Of a DNA stretch of 64,000 bases, positions 48,560-60,749 are shown in pieces. Position 1 is the stretch's first letter. Every line of letters begins with the position of its first letter. The translations under genes were made by a program, and so were the position numbers. A model generated the notes under the pieces. That model was not told where the DNA came from. It made no database searches and worked only from the letters and a program-made list of their open reading frames with translations. Origin of the DNA: Malacoraja senta (taxonomy: Eukaryota); contig CM075991.1 in the NCBI GenBank assembly GCA_038087875.1, positions 7,938,001 through 8,002,000 on the forward strand, given 5' to 3'.

Positions 48560-49710
48560 CTGTGAATAATGAGGACATGGGGATAAGAATTTAGAAGGCG
48601 TCATTAATAAGTTTGTGGATGACAATACAGTGGGTGGTATCGTAGATAGGTAAGAATTTACAATTACAAAAATTGTCATAAAAAATTACAGCAGGATCTT
48701 GTTCAGTTAGGCAAGCATGCTGAGGAATGGTTAATAGAGTTCAATGCAGATAAGTACGAGGATTTGTGTTTTGGGTAGTCAAACCAAGACAGGGCCTTCG
48801 CAGTGAAAGACAGGGCTCTGGGGAGTGTTGTGGAGCAGAGGGATTTCGGAGTGCAAAAAAAAAAAATTTAATGTTCGGCACGGACTTGAAGGGCCGAGAT
48901 GGCCTGTTTCCGTGCTGTTATGGTTATATGGTTATATGGTTACATAGTTCCTTAAAAGTGGCATAATTGGGAGACAGGGTGGTCAAGAAGGCTTCCTATA
49001 CATTGGTCTTCGTCAGGCAGTGCATTGAGTATAGAAGTTGGGATGTTACGTTGCAGTTGTACACAACATTGATGAGGCTGAACTTGGAATATTGTTTTCC
49101 GTTTTGGTCACCCTACTATAAAAAGAATGTTGTTAAACTGGAAAAAGTGCAGGGAAGATTTATGAGGATGTTGCCATAACATGAGGGCCTGAGCGATAGG
49201 AACAGGCAGGGCAGACGAGGACGACTTTATTCCTTGGAGCACAGGCAGCTGAGGGGTGATCTTGTATCTCCCTGGGTGGTGAGATCGTAAGGGAGTAGAT
49301 GGGGTTAATGCACGGTGCCTTTTATAGAGAGTCGGGGAATCAAAAACCAGAGGACTTTAGTTAAGGTGAGATTTAAGGGAAAAGATTTAATTGGAACCTG
49401 AGGGGCAACTTTTTCCACACAGTGTATATATGTATATGGAGCGAATTGCTAGAATAGGTATGTGTAGGAAGGAACTGCAGATGCTGGTTTACACCAAAGA
49501 TAGACACAAGGTGCTGGAGTAACTCAACGGGTCAAGCAGCATCGTAGAAGGAACATAATAGGTGACATTTCGGGTCAAGACCCTTGTTTGGATTGAGAGA
49601 CAAGAAGAGGTGGTTGAGGCAGGTATTAAAACAACATTTAAAAGACAATTGGACAGGTACATGAATAGATAGGTTTAGAGGGATATGGACATAACATGGG
49701 CAGGTAAGAC
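48560..49710 (+). mobile_element. Decayed CR1 RT region with younger inserts (CR1 tail 48856-48941; hammerhead element ~49465-49590)
   Basis: aagtttgtggatgac (KFxDD) and LYTTLMRLNLEYCFPFWSP remnants with many disruptions. Confidence 0.75.
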
Positions 49711-50640
49711 TAATGAATTGAATTGAATTGAATTGATTACTTTAGTGCCACATGTGACAAGTCACAGTGAAATTCTGTGCTTGCGTAGCCAAGGTATACA
49801 AATAGTCGCCACATAAAGGGCGCGTACACAGTTGCAAATTCACCCCCCCGCCCCAACGCGCCGGTTCCCCTTTGTTCTTCCCCATACCCTCCCTTTCTGT
49901 GGTCCCACCATGCCGGGTCCCCATTGTTCTTCCCCCCTCCCTCACAGCGACCCCCCCCCCTCGCCGGGTCCTCTGTTTGGAATAGTGTAGATGGGGCATC
50001 TTGGGCAGGTTGGGCCGAAGGGCCTGTTTGGTGTGACCCACGGAACGACCCACGGAAAATAAGTGCAATCCTGATCAATACTTTAATTTGATTCAGCCAT
50101 CATCGCTCCAAATGGATTGATTCTGTTAGCTACCAAAACACTTATCTAATCTCAGGTCAGGTACAGAATAGTTTACATGCATTCCAAAGCTCCGTCTGCA
50201 ATGCCCAATTAGGAACTCTAGCTTGGATGCAACAGAAATTGTACGCAGGGAATGTGTTCAATGTTTTGCTTGAGCAGGTAAGATCGATAAGGGCAGCCGT
50301 CATTATTTAAGGCATCCTTAAAAAAGTTGTAGCTGATTTTGTCGTCCTGTTAAAGGACAGTGCTATCTCTGGTGCCTGAGTTACAACATTCACTTGACTT
50401 CACTTCTGAGATAAAGCTATGCATGTGCACTGGAGAGCAAAACAACTTTGTGCAGTCGGTGCTCAGCAGGCCAGGCAGCATCCGTGGAGGGAAATGGGCT
50501 GGCGACATTTTGGGTCCGGACCCGTCTTCAGACTGTATAGTAGAGGCGGTGGCTAGGACCTTATCTTCTTAATAAGCAGTGGGTCATAGAGTCAACAGGC
50601 CTTTCACCCCAACTTGCCCACACCGGCCAACATTGTCCCA

Positions 50641-51277
50641 TCATAGCAAAAGGATTTGAGTATAGGAGCAGGGAGGTTCTACTGCAGTTGTACAGGGTCT
50701 TGGTGAGACCACACCTGGAGTATTGCGTACAGTTTTGGTCTCCAAATCTGAGGAAGGACATTATTGCCATAGAGGGAGTGCAGAGAAGGTTCACCAGACT
50801 GATTCCTGGGATGTCAGGACTGTCTTATGAAGAAAGACTGGATAGACTTGGTTTATACTCTCTAGAATTTAGGAGATTGAGAGGGGATCTTATAGAAACT
50901 TACAAAATTCTTAAGGGGTTGGACAGGCTAGATGCAGGAAGATTGCTCCCGATGTTGGGGAAGTCCAGGACAAGGGGTCACAGCTTAAGGATAAGGGGGA
51001 AATCCTTTAAACCGAGATGAGAAGAACTTTTTTCACACAGAGAGTGGTGAATCTGTGGAACTCTCTGCCACAGAGGGTAGTCGAGGCCAGTTCATTGGCT
51101 ATATTTAAGAGGGAGCTAGATGTGGCCCTTGTGGCTAAAGGGATCAGGGGTATGGAGAGAAGGCAGGTACGGGATACTGAGTTGGATGATCAGCCATGAT
51201 CATATTGAATGGCGGTGCAGGCTCGAAGGCCGAATGGCCTACTCCTGCACCTAATTTCTATGTTTCTATGTTTCTAT
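50641..51277 (+). mobile_element. 5'-truncated CR1/HER1 LINE
   Basis: ORFs 50688-51020 and 51017-51199 (frameshifted CR1 C-terminus); (TATGTTTC)n tail. Confidence 0.92.
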
Positions 51278-51471
51278 CTGCCCGCGTTTGGTCCATATCC
51301 CTCCAAACCTGTCCTATCCATGTCACTGTCGAACTGTTTCTTAACGTTGGTCCCTGCCTCATCTACCTCCTCTGGCAGCTTGTTCCATACACCCACAAAG
51401 TTAATGAAAGGAATCAACAGGATGTTAGTCCTTTGATGCCAATAGTCTCCATCAATGTTACACAGATAGTG

Positions 51472-51770
51472 TGGGCGGCAAGGTGGCACAGCGGTAGAGT
51501 TGCTGCCTCACAGCGCCAGGGGATCCGGGTTCGATCCTGACTACAGGTGCTGTCTGCGTGGAGTTCGCTCGTTCTCCCTGTGGGTTTCTCCGGGTGTTCC
51601 GTTTTCCTCCCACATCCGAAAGACGTGTGGCTTTGCAGGTCAATTGGCTTCTGAAAATTGTCCCAAGGGTGTCGGATAAAACTAGCGTGTGGGGTGATTG
51701 TGGGTCAACGCGGACTCGGTGGGCCGAAGAGCCTCTTTCCGTGATGTATCTTTTAAAATTAAAACTAAAA
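51472..51770 (+). mobile_element. HE1/V-SINE
   Basis: gggcggcaaggtggcacagcggtagag head, B box, V-domain, tail. Confidence 0.85.
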
Positions 51771-52419
51771 CTCAAGAGTGAATATGATCTAAAAGTATAG
51801 AGCGCAAAATCATGCATGAAATGACCGCACTGACCATTATGACTGGATCTGCCCAATTAATCCAATTCATCGCTGTTCTGTTCCCGTCACCTTGTATGGA
51901 AGGTTCCTCTCGAAAGTTGTGATGCATGAGATGCAGCTCCCCTGGTAGTGATGGGGTAGACTGACTCCCCTTCCCCCCCCCCAATCTTCGCACATCCGAA
52001 ATCCTGGACTTTCCACTCATCACTTTAATTTCATGTTTCATGAATCTTGTGTTTTTCCGACATGTTCACAGACCAATTTCCCTCCTAGGATAAATAAAGT
52101 TCTATCGTATCCAATCGTAGATCACAGCAACTTTCTGTTTTAGAAAATTATCTCCCCTCTCTTTCCCTGGCCTGTCGCTTTTACCCATATCCCTCCCTCC
52201 CACTTTCCGCTGAACTCCTCCTGTTCTCTCCATATCCGATGCCCCTGTGTCTCTCCTTTTCACCTCTAGCCATTGTCACTTATTCCGCCCCTTAAAACCC
52301 CCGTCACTTGTATCCATCTTGCTAGGCTTTGGCCCACCTCCACCTCTCTCTTCCAGCTTCCCCCCCCCCCCCCTCCCTCCTCACGATACTCAGTCTGAAG
52401 ATTCACCTGCGCTGTTTTA

Positions 52420-52668
52420 TTTAGTTTAGTTTAGAGATACAGCATGGAAACAGGCCCTTCGGCCCACCGGGTCGATCACCCATTCACACTGGTTCTATCC
52501 TACACACTGGGGACAATTTACAGAAGCCAATTAACCAACACATCTGTACGTCTTTGGAATGTGGGGGCACCCGGAGAAAACCCACGCGGTCACGGGAAGA
52601 ACGTACAAACTCCGCACAGACAGTCAGGATCCGGGTCCCAGGCGCTGTAAGGCGGCAACTCCACCGCT
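52420..52668 (-). mobile_element. HE1/V-SINE
   Basis: (AGTTT)n tail and V-domain on the minus strand. Confidence 0.8.
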
Positions 52669-52894
52669 GGAAGTGAAGTGTGTGGAACTCCCTGTTTTCA
52701 CTGCGAGCTTGTTCCAAATTGGGCTCCACGCTCAGAAAAGGGACACGTTTGATCTTGTTTGTAAAGATAGTTCAGAGTCACCAGCGGGATGCGTGAATGG
52801 AGCTTACAGCACATGACTGACTCGACTGGCTGCAACCCATATCTCTGCGCGACAGAGACCCCCTGTGATCTCTTCCATTGTACGGTGAAAGAAA

Positions 52895-53102
52895 AGGGCC
52901 TGTCCCACTTGGGCGTCATTTGCGTGTAATTTACGCATCATTTACGCGTTACGACGCACGACGCGTGCATTACGTGCGCATGGTGCATGGTGACCTAGGC
53001 AGTGACGAACGGTCGCGAACGGCGCCCCAGGATTTTGTGATGTACAAAATATTCGCGCGCCATCTGCGTGACGAGCAAATGACATTAAGTGGGACTGGCC
53101 CT
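52895..53102. mobile_element. PIF/Harbinger-type MITE (208 bp), TSD not recognisable
   Basis: AGGGCCTGTCCCACTT ... AAGTGGGACTGGCCCT with gtcatttgc/gcaaatgac subterminal inverted repeat. Confidence 0.8.
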
Positions 53103-53499
53103 TTGGACTTGCAATCTGCAACCGTCTTTTCATGCCAGCCAGACATCCCAGACTGAAGAATAGGATCTCGACCCGCTACGTCACCCATTCCTTCTCTCTG
53201 GAGATGCTGCCCGTCCCGCTGAGTTACTCCAGCTTTTTGTGCCTGTCCCAGGACATAGTCAGTTCCTCTGTGTCAATGCGGTAAACGGCTGCAAGATCAC
53301 ACAGTGGTAGACTTATCGTGGTGCTGTTAGTGGGGTACTGAATATCAGTGAGGTTGTTAAGGAGAGTCCTTTCTCGCCAAGGTCCTGAAGTAAATTGCAA
53401 CTCAGAAGTAAGTTCCCATTTTTCACGCTGACAGTGGAGATCTGTGGGGACCTTTCAGCCCATCAAATCCATGCCAGTTCTCAATTCCATTCCCCTACA

Positions 53500-53806
53500 A
53501 CGGTGGCGCAGTGGTAGAGTTGCTGCCTCACAGCGCCACAGACCCAGGTTCGATCCTGACTACTGGAGCTATCTGTAGGGAATTTGTACGTTCTCCCCGT
53601 GACCTGTGTGGGTTTTCTCCTGGGTCTCCGGTTTCCTCCCACACTCCAAAGACGTACAGGTTTGTAGGTTAATTGGCTTGGTATAAGTGTAAATTGTCCC
53701 TAGTGTGTGTAAGGTAGTGTTAATGTGCGGGGATCGCTGGTCGGTGCGGACTCGGTGGGCCGAAGGGCCTGTTTCTGCTCTGCATCTCTAAACTAAACTA
53801 AACTAA
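53500..53806 (+). mobile_element. Full-length HE1/V-SINE
   Basis: Head, V-domain, (AAACT)n tail. Confidence 0.9.
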
Positions 53807-54094
53807 TGTGACATTTAACGATGATAAACGATTCATTATACCTTCTGCCACAAGGTATACCTCGCCTGGCTGGGGCTATTTTCCAGCACGTTTTCCATTG
53901 TCTGCAAATATAAATAGGATTGCTTTAGGAAGACTATTCCTTCTCTCCGGAGATGCTGCCTGTCCCGTTGAGTTACTCCAGCATTTGGTGTCAATCTTTG
54001 TTTTAGGAAGATTCGATCGATAAGGAGTGATCGCGGAAATTCGGACGAGGACTGTTAATGGATTGCACTGCAGTGCCGACTATAGAAATCTCTC

Positions 54095-54425
54095 GGAGGT
54101 AGACAAAAAAATGCTGGAGAAACTGAGTGGGTGAGGCAGCATCTATGGAGCGAAGGAAATAGGCAACGTTTCGGGGCGAAACGTTGCCTATTTCCTTCGC
54201 TCCATAGATGCTGCCTCACCCGCTGAGTTTCTCCAGCATTTTTATCTACCTTCGATTTTCCAGCATCTGCAGTTCCTTCTTAAACATTTTGTCCAGTCTG
54301 AAGAAGGGTTTCATCCCGAAACGTTGCCTATTTCCTTCGCTCCATAGATGCTGCCTCACCCGCTGAGTTTCTCGAGCATTTTTATCTACCTTCGATTTTC
54401 CAGCATCTGCAGTTCCTTCTTAAAC
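54095..54425. mobile_element. Hammerhead element: one inverted copy plus two tandem 140-bp forward copies, 13-bp TSD
   Basis: ATAGAAATCTCTC at 54082-54094 and 54426-54438; cgaaacgttgcc at 54177 and 54317; core at 54298-54325. Confidence 0.88.
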
Positions 54426-55155
54426 ATAGAAATCTCTCTGTCTTTCAAATCTGTGATAGACTGTCACCTCTGGTGGTGCACAGTTTCCTTCTAGTTATCA
54501 GAGGAGCCACGTAAAACATGTTTTACATGTAGCTCTTGGTGATTCAGGATCTATTCTGCTTGGCGTTGCTAAGTAGCTGATGGAGTGAACTGTGCAGGTG
54601 GGGCAGGGATTTCTACTCGATGCAATTACAGTCATAAATGATTGGATGCCCTCCAGAATTGCACGCGGGGACCGACTGGCGGGCTCTTCAGTCCCCCTGC
54701 CGAGATGCTTGGTTGAAGGCATAACACGTTCTCTAATGTCTCAGCCACACACTGAACCATCCTATCAACAACTAGAGAGGGGCCGCAGAGTTACTCCAGC
54801 ACTTGGTGTCTTTTTTTAAATAAACTTATAGAGAGAAAACCCACGCGGTCACGGGGAGAATGTACAAACTCCGTACAGACAGCACGGGAGAATGTACAAA
54901 CTCCGTACAGACAGCACGGGTAGTCGGGATCGAACCCGGGTCTCTGGCGCTGCATTCGCTGTAAGGCAGCAACTCTACCGCTGCGCCACCGCGATGATAT
55001 AAAGCTCAATGCAATGTGGGTTGTGAAGAGAAAGCAGAGTGTATTCAGAAGATAGAAACAAGGTTCTTTATTCACTTGGGCGACTTGAATGGACAAGAAG
55101 ATGATACATGGAATAGAATGAGAAAGAAAATTAGTTCTTCTATTTAAAATTGATC

Positions 55156-55433
55156 AAGTCAAGTTCAAGTGAGTTTATTGTCATGTGTCTCTGATAGGAC
55201 AATGAAATTCTTGCTTTGCTTCAGCACAACAGAACATAGTAGGCATTGACTACAAGGCATTCTATAAATATATACACACATGAATCAATATACTGATAAA
55301 GTGCAAATAACAGTATTGGCTAATAAAGTTCAGTGTTATGTCCGAGCCAGGTTTAATAGCCTGATGGCTGTAGGGAAGTAGCTGTTCCTGAACCTGGTCG
55401 TTGCAGTCTTCAGGCTCCTGTGCCTTCTACCTG
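55156..55433 (-). mobile_element. Rex1/Babar-like 3' end
   Basis: Homologous to 29065-29809 without the Helitron. Confidence 0.7.
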
Positions 55434-55611
55434 ATAAGCAGAATATTTAGAATCATAGGGTCACCCAGCACGGAAACCGGCCCTCTGGCCCAACTTGTCC
55501 ATGCTGGCCGAGATGCGCCATCTAAGCTAGTCCTATTTGCCCGTGTTTGGGCCATGTACCTCGAAACCTTTCCTATCCATTATTGTGAAATGATGGGAAG
55601 AGAACAGCTCC

Positions 55612-56105
55612 ACCCAAGACCGCGAGAGATTGCAGTGAATTGTGGACGCAGCCCGGACCATCACCCAATCCTACCTCCCTTCCATTGACTCCATTTACAC
55701 CTCACGCTGCCTCGGCAAGGCCAACAGCATAATCAAGAATGCCTCGCACCCCGGCCACTCCCTCTTATCCCCTCTCCCATCGGGCAAAAGGTACAGAAGT
55801 GGGAAAACGCACACCTCCAGATTCTTCTTCCAAGCTGTTATCAGGCAACTGAATCATCTCACCACAACTAGAGAGCAGTCCTGAACTAATATCTACCTCC
55901 TTGTCGACCCTCGGACTATCCTTGATCGGACTTTGCTGGCTTTGCCTTGCACTTAACATTATTCGATTATAATGTATCTATACACTCTAAATGGCTCGAT
56001 TGTAATCATGTATTGTCTTTACGCTGACAGGATAGCACGCAACAAAAGCTTTACACTGTACCTCGGTACACGTGACAATAAACTAAACTGAAACTAAACG
56101 TAACT
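55612..56105 (+). mobile_element. Rex1/Babar LINE 3' fragment
   Basis: LPSIDSIYTSRCLGKANSIIKNASHPGHSLLSPLPSGKRYRS..THTSRF..AVIRQLN; cacgtgacaataaactaaact tail. Confidence 0.85.
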
Positions 56106-56214
56106 AACTCCTCAACCATACAACCTAATCTGACAATAAATTAAACTGAGTGTTTGATACATGTTGCTATTCACAGGGCCTAAGGTGCCTTTGTAAGTTA
56201 GTCACTGAGAGTTA

Positions 56215-56483
56215 ATGGCCTGTCCCACTTAAGCGATTTTTTGAGCGACTACAGGCGACTGCCACAAAATTTTCAACATGTTGAACATTTTTCGCCGACA
56301 GTGGCACCAATTTTTGCTGTCAGTGGCTGTCGTAGGTGCTGTCATAGGTTGTCGCCAGGTGTCGTAGGTTGACGTAGGTGTTGACGTAGGTTGTCGCCAG
56401 GTGTCGCCAGGTGTCGTAGGTGAATTCCATTTAAACTAGTCCCTGGCAGTCGCCTAAAGATTCGCCTAAGTGGGACAGGCCCA
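56215..56483. mobile_element. PIF/Harbinger-type MITE (~270 bp) inside a decayed CR1 (~56195-57030)
   Basis: GGCCTGTCCCACTTA ... TAAGTGGGACAGGCCCA; internal gtcgtaggt/gtcgccaggt repeats. Confidence 0.85.
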
Positions 56484-57055
56484 ATGTGCAGTGCAGCATG
56501 CAGCGGGGAAGGCAAATGGTACGTTGGCCTTTATTGCAAGAAGATTTAAGTCAAAGAGTGAAGATGCCTTGTTCTAATTACATCAGGCTCTGATGAGACA
56601 GCACCTGGATTATTATGTACCAACCTGGCCTATTGACCTAAAAGAAAGATATAATGCATTAAAACGAGTGCAATGAAGGGTCATTGCATTGATTTGTGGG
56701 ATGACGGGTTTGTTGTAGGCACATTGATTAAGTAAGGCAAAGCTCTTTTCAGTTTAGCAGAATGAGATGAGATCTTATTGATATATTCAAAATTCTTATG
56801 GAGTATGACAGGGTTCTGTGGAGTTAGTGTTTTCCCTGGCTGAGGTGTCTAAAATCTAGTGGCAGTCTCAAAATTAGCGGTCGGCTATTCAGCAAAGAGT
56901 GCGAAAAATCTTTTCCGTAGACAATGTGATGGACATTTGGAATTCTCTAACCAAAGACAGCGTGGGAGCTTAATTACTGACTATATTGAAGAGGGAATAG
57001 ATTTTTAGATAATAAAGGACTCGAGTGTTAAGAGGTCAATGGAAGTTTCAGTTGT

Positions 57056-57342
57056 AGTTTTAGAGATAGAGCGTGGAATCAGCCCACCAAGTCCACGCCA
57101 ACCATCGATCGCCCATACACTAGCTCGATCCTACACCCTGGGGACAATTTACACAGGCCAATTGACCTACAAACCTGCACGACTTTGGAGTGTGGGAGGA
57201 AGCCGGAGCACCCAGAGAAAACCCACGCGGTCACAGGGAGAACGCACAAGCACCGGGTCCGGACAGCACCCGTAGTCAGGATTGAACCTGGGTCTCTGGC
57301 GCTGTAAGGCAGCAACTCTACCGCTGCGCCACTGTGCTGCCC
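57056..57342 (-). mobile_element. HE1/V-SINE
   Basis: Reverse-complement consensus including head ctaccgctgcgccactgtgctgccc. Confidence 0.85.
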
Positions 57343-57604
57343 TCAGGGAGTGGCACTGGAGTGCAGGAATGCACGGGAAGTAATTGAATGCTGGAGCAGA
57401 GATGAAGGATCCAATGCCCTATTCCTGTTCTGTTCGTTATGCTCTTCTTAACCTGTGGTGATTAGGGGTAATCAGCACAATGGGTGCTGTGACACCAACA
57501 GAAAATGCTCAGAAAACGCTACAAATCCTCAGCAAACCATGGGGATTAGCTGTGAACAATATCTGATCCATGAGTAAGTGGAAGAGTCAAGAGTGTTTTA
57601 TTGT

Positions 57605-57742
57605 TTAAGAAGGAACTGCAGATGCTGGAAAATCGAAGGTAGACAAAAGTGCTGGAGAAACTCAGCGGGTGCAGCAGCATCTATGGAGCGAAGGAAATAG
57701 GCAACGTTTCGGGCTGAAACCCTTCTTCAGACTGAACAGACT
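57605..57742 (-). mobile_element. Monomeric hammerhead element (subfamily B) with 16-bp TSD
   Basis: AAGAGTGTTTTATTGT at 57589-57604 and 57743-57758. Confidence 0.88.
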
Positions 57743-58102
57743 AAGAGTGTTTTATTGTCATCTTCTTATTCTTGTCTCACAAATTCTTGCAGCAGCACAA
57801 GAGAATATCTAATCAAAGTACTCTGTAAACAATATAATAAACGCACACAAAAGTTCAGTGTGTGTATATATATACATATATCTATATTATATATACAGTA
57901 TACACACACACACACACACACATATATATATGTATATGCATGTATGTATGTATATGTGTGTCTGTATATATATAGGATGTGTAGGAGAGAACTGCAGATG
58001 CTGGTTCAGACTGAAAAAGGGTCTCGACCCGAACGTCACCCATTCCTTCTCTCCAGAGATACTGCCTGTCCCGCTGAGTTACTCCAGCTTTTTGTATCTA
58101 TT

Positions 58103-58103
<1 letters not shown>

Positions 58104-58139
<36 letters not shown>

Positions 58140-58308
58140 GTGTGTGCATGTGTGTGTGTGTATATATGTGTGTGTGTGTGTGTATATATGTGTGTGTGTG
58201 TGCGTGTGTGTGTGTGTATATATGTGTGTGTGTGTGTGTGTGTATATATGTGTGTGTGTGTGTGTATATATGTGTGTGTGTGTGCGTGTGTGTGTGTGTG
58301 TGTATATA

Positions 58309-58339
<31 letters not shown>

Positions 58340-58456
58340 GAGCATGTGTGTGTGCGTGTGTGTGTGCGCGTGCGTGTGTGTGTGCGTGTGTGTGTGCGTG
58401 TGTGTGTGTGTGCGTGTGTGTGTGTGTGTGCGTGCGTGTGTGTGTGTGTGCGTGTG

Positions 58457-58498
<42 letters not shown>
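58104..58498. repeat. Compound (TG)n microsatellite with TATATA and CG interruptions
   Basis: Direct reading; source of the VC/HT-repeat ORFs. Confidence 0.97.
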
Positions 58499-58499
<1 letters not shown>

Positions 58500-59296
58500 A
58501 TACATAAGCATAAAAACAAACAATGGTAGTGCAAAAAGACAAAAATCAACGACCCAAGTCAATGCAGTTCAGAGCTTATTCGGAACTTGGGGTGTTTGTG
58601 GGGAAGTAACTGTTCCTGAACCTGGACGAAGCAGATAGAAAGTGAGAATATGGATGAAAGAATGTGGGAGTCACACAGTTACAAAACTGAAATAAAAACA
58701 AAAGATCCTGGAAACAATCGCTAAGTCCTGGGGCACCAGAACAGAAGGAGGGAAAGCAAGTTTTCAGTAGCAGAGAAGGCAAGCGAGGCACAAGAAACTG
58801 CAGACACTGAAACAGGAGTGAAAAACAATGAGTAATGCAGACAACGAAACTGACAATGAAATGACAATGAAAATGAGTGTCATTGTGTGCATGGCCCATT
58901 ATCACCGAGCCCACAGCCAACAGTGGGCCGTTTCCTTGATCATCGACACGTTTTTGCATGTCTTTCATTCATTTGTTCTATATCTCTCTACATCACCGTC
59001 TGAATCTCTCGTTTCCCTTTCCCCCGACTCTCAGTCTGAAGAAGGGTCTCGACCCGCAACGCCACCTATCCGTGTTTTCCAGAGATGCCGAGTTGCTCCG
59101 GCATTTTGTGTCTTTCCATCGTATTCTCAGATGTCCTGAAGAGATGGAAATCAGCCATCTTGTCGCAGTCTGGCCCAGTGTCACTGCAAAGCTGCCAACA
59201 TGGTTGATTCTAACCTGCCCCCACAGATCAGGCACAATTAGAGATAGACAATAAACGCTCTTGCTACCAGCGTGATACATTTCCCATTCATGAGTA

Positions 59297-59805
59297 CGTT
59301 TATTTATTTATTTCTTTTTCTTTTTTTTTCTTTTCTTTTTTAGAAGTAAGCACAAGAATGTGGTACCAAAGTACCTAATACTTATTGACATATTACATTT
59401 CATATACAACTTCTTATTTTTAATTTAATAATAAAGCAAAATAAGAAATGAAAGATTACAAAAGGAAAGATTGAGATGAAGTGTGCGTGAGATAGCAAAA
59501 TAGCCCGAGAAAAAAAATGAGAAAAAAAGAAGATAAGAAAGAAAGAAAAGAAAAAAAAAGAGGAAAGGAGATTGAAAGCGATATGTCTATTTGACAATCC
59601 TGCCCCCCGTCACCTGTTTCTGAACCATTATATTTCTATGATTGTGTTGCACCATATGCTTGTAGAAAGTCGATAAAGGGAGACCATATCAATAAGAAGT
59701 CTACCTTACCTACTAGTAGGAGTCGTATTTCTTCAAGATATGCTGTTTCTGACATAATTGAAATTGGCGAATTTTTCCAAAATTTAAGAATGAGTATGTT
59801 TCTAA
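59297..59805 (-). mobile_element. L1/Tx1-clade LINE 3' end
   Basis: T-rich tail on the + strand; minus-strand peptide ILILKFWKNSP..MSETAYLEEIR..FLLIWSPFIDFL resembles the L1-clade ORF2 C-terminus (from memory). Confidence 0.6.
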
Positions 59806-59921
59806 TGGGCCTGTCCCACTTAGGCGATTTTTTAGGCAACTACAAGCGACTAGTTTGTCGCCACATGTTCGCCTGTGATCGCCGGGAGTAGTCTCCTCAG
59901 TCGCGCAAAAAGTTGTGGCGT

Positions 59922-60749
59922 GAGCAAAGAGGTCCTTCTGCAGTTGTACAGAGCCCTAGTGAGACCACACCTGGAGTATTGTGTGCAATGTTGGTCCCCT
60001 AATTTGAGGAAGGACATTCTTGCTATTGAGGGAGTGCAGCGTAGGTTCACCAGGTTAATTCCCGGGATGGCGGGACTGTCATATGCTGAGAGAATGGAGC
60101 AGCTGGGCTTGTACACTCTGGAGTTTAGAATGATGAGAGGGGATCTCATTGAAACATATAAGATTGTTAAGGTACACAAAAATGCTGGAGAAACTCAGCG
60201 GGTGCAGCAGCATCTATGGAGCGAAGGAAATAGGTAACGTTTCGGGCCGAAACCCTTCTTCAGACTGCCCGAAACGTTACCTATTTCCTTCGCTCCATAG
60301 ATGCGGCTGCACCCGCTGAGTTTCTCCAGCATTTTTGTGTACCTTCGATTTTCCAACATCTGCAGTTCCTTCTTTAAGATTGTTAAGGGTTTGGACACGC
60401 TAGAGGCAGGAAACATGTTCCCGATGTTGGGGGAGTCCAGAACCAGGGGCCACAGTTTAAGAATAAGGGGTCGGCCATTTAGAACGGAGACGAGGAAACA
60501 CTTTTTCTCACAGAGAGTGGTGAGTCTGTGGAATTCTCTGCCTCAGAGGGCGGTGGAGGCAGGTTCTCTGGATGCTTTCAAGAGAGAGTTAGATAGGGCT
60601 CTTAAAAATAGCGGAGTCAGGGGATATGGGGAGAAGGCAGGAACAGGGTACTGTTTGGGGATGATCAGCCATGATCACGTTGAATGGCGGTGCTGGCTCG
60701 AAGGGCCGAATGGCCTACTCCTGCACCTATTGTCTATTGTCTATTGTCT
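59922..60749 (+). mobile_element. 5'-truncated CR1/HER1 LINE
   Basis: ORFs 59875-60237 and 60301-60798 are the two halves of the CR1 C-terminus; (TATTGTC)n tail. Confidence 0.92.
60173..60374. mobile_element. Hammerhead hairpin element (subfamily B) with up to 14-bp TSD
   Basis: TAAGATTGTTAAGG at 60159-60172 and 60375-60388, duplicating CR1 coding sequence that is single-copy in other CR1 copies. Confidence 0.9.

Noticed and set aside
57755..58638. Long Val/Cys and His/Thr repeat ORFs
   Set aside because: Translations of the (TG)n microsatellite.
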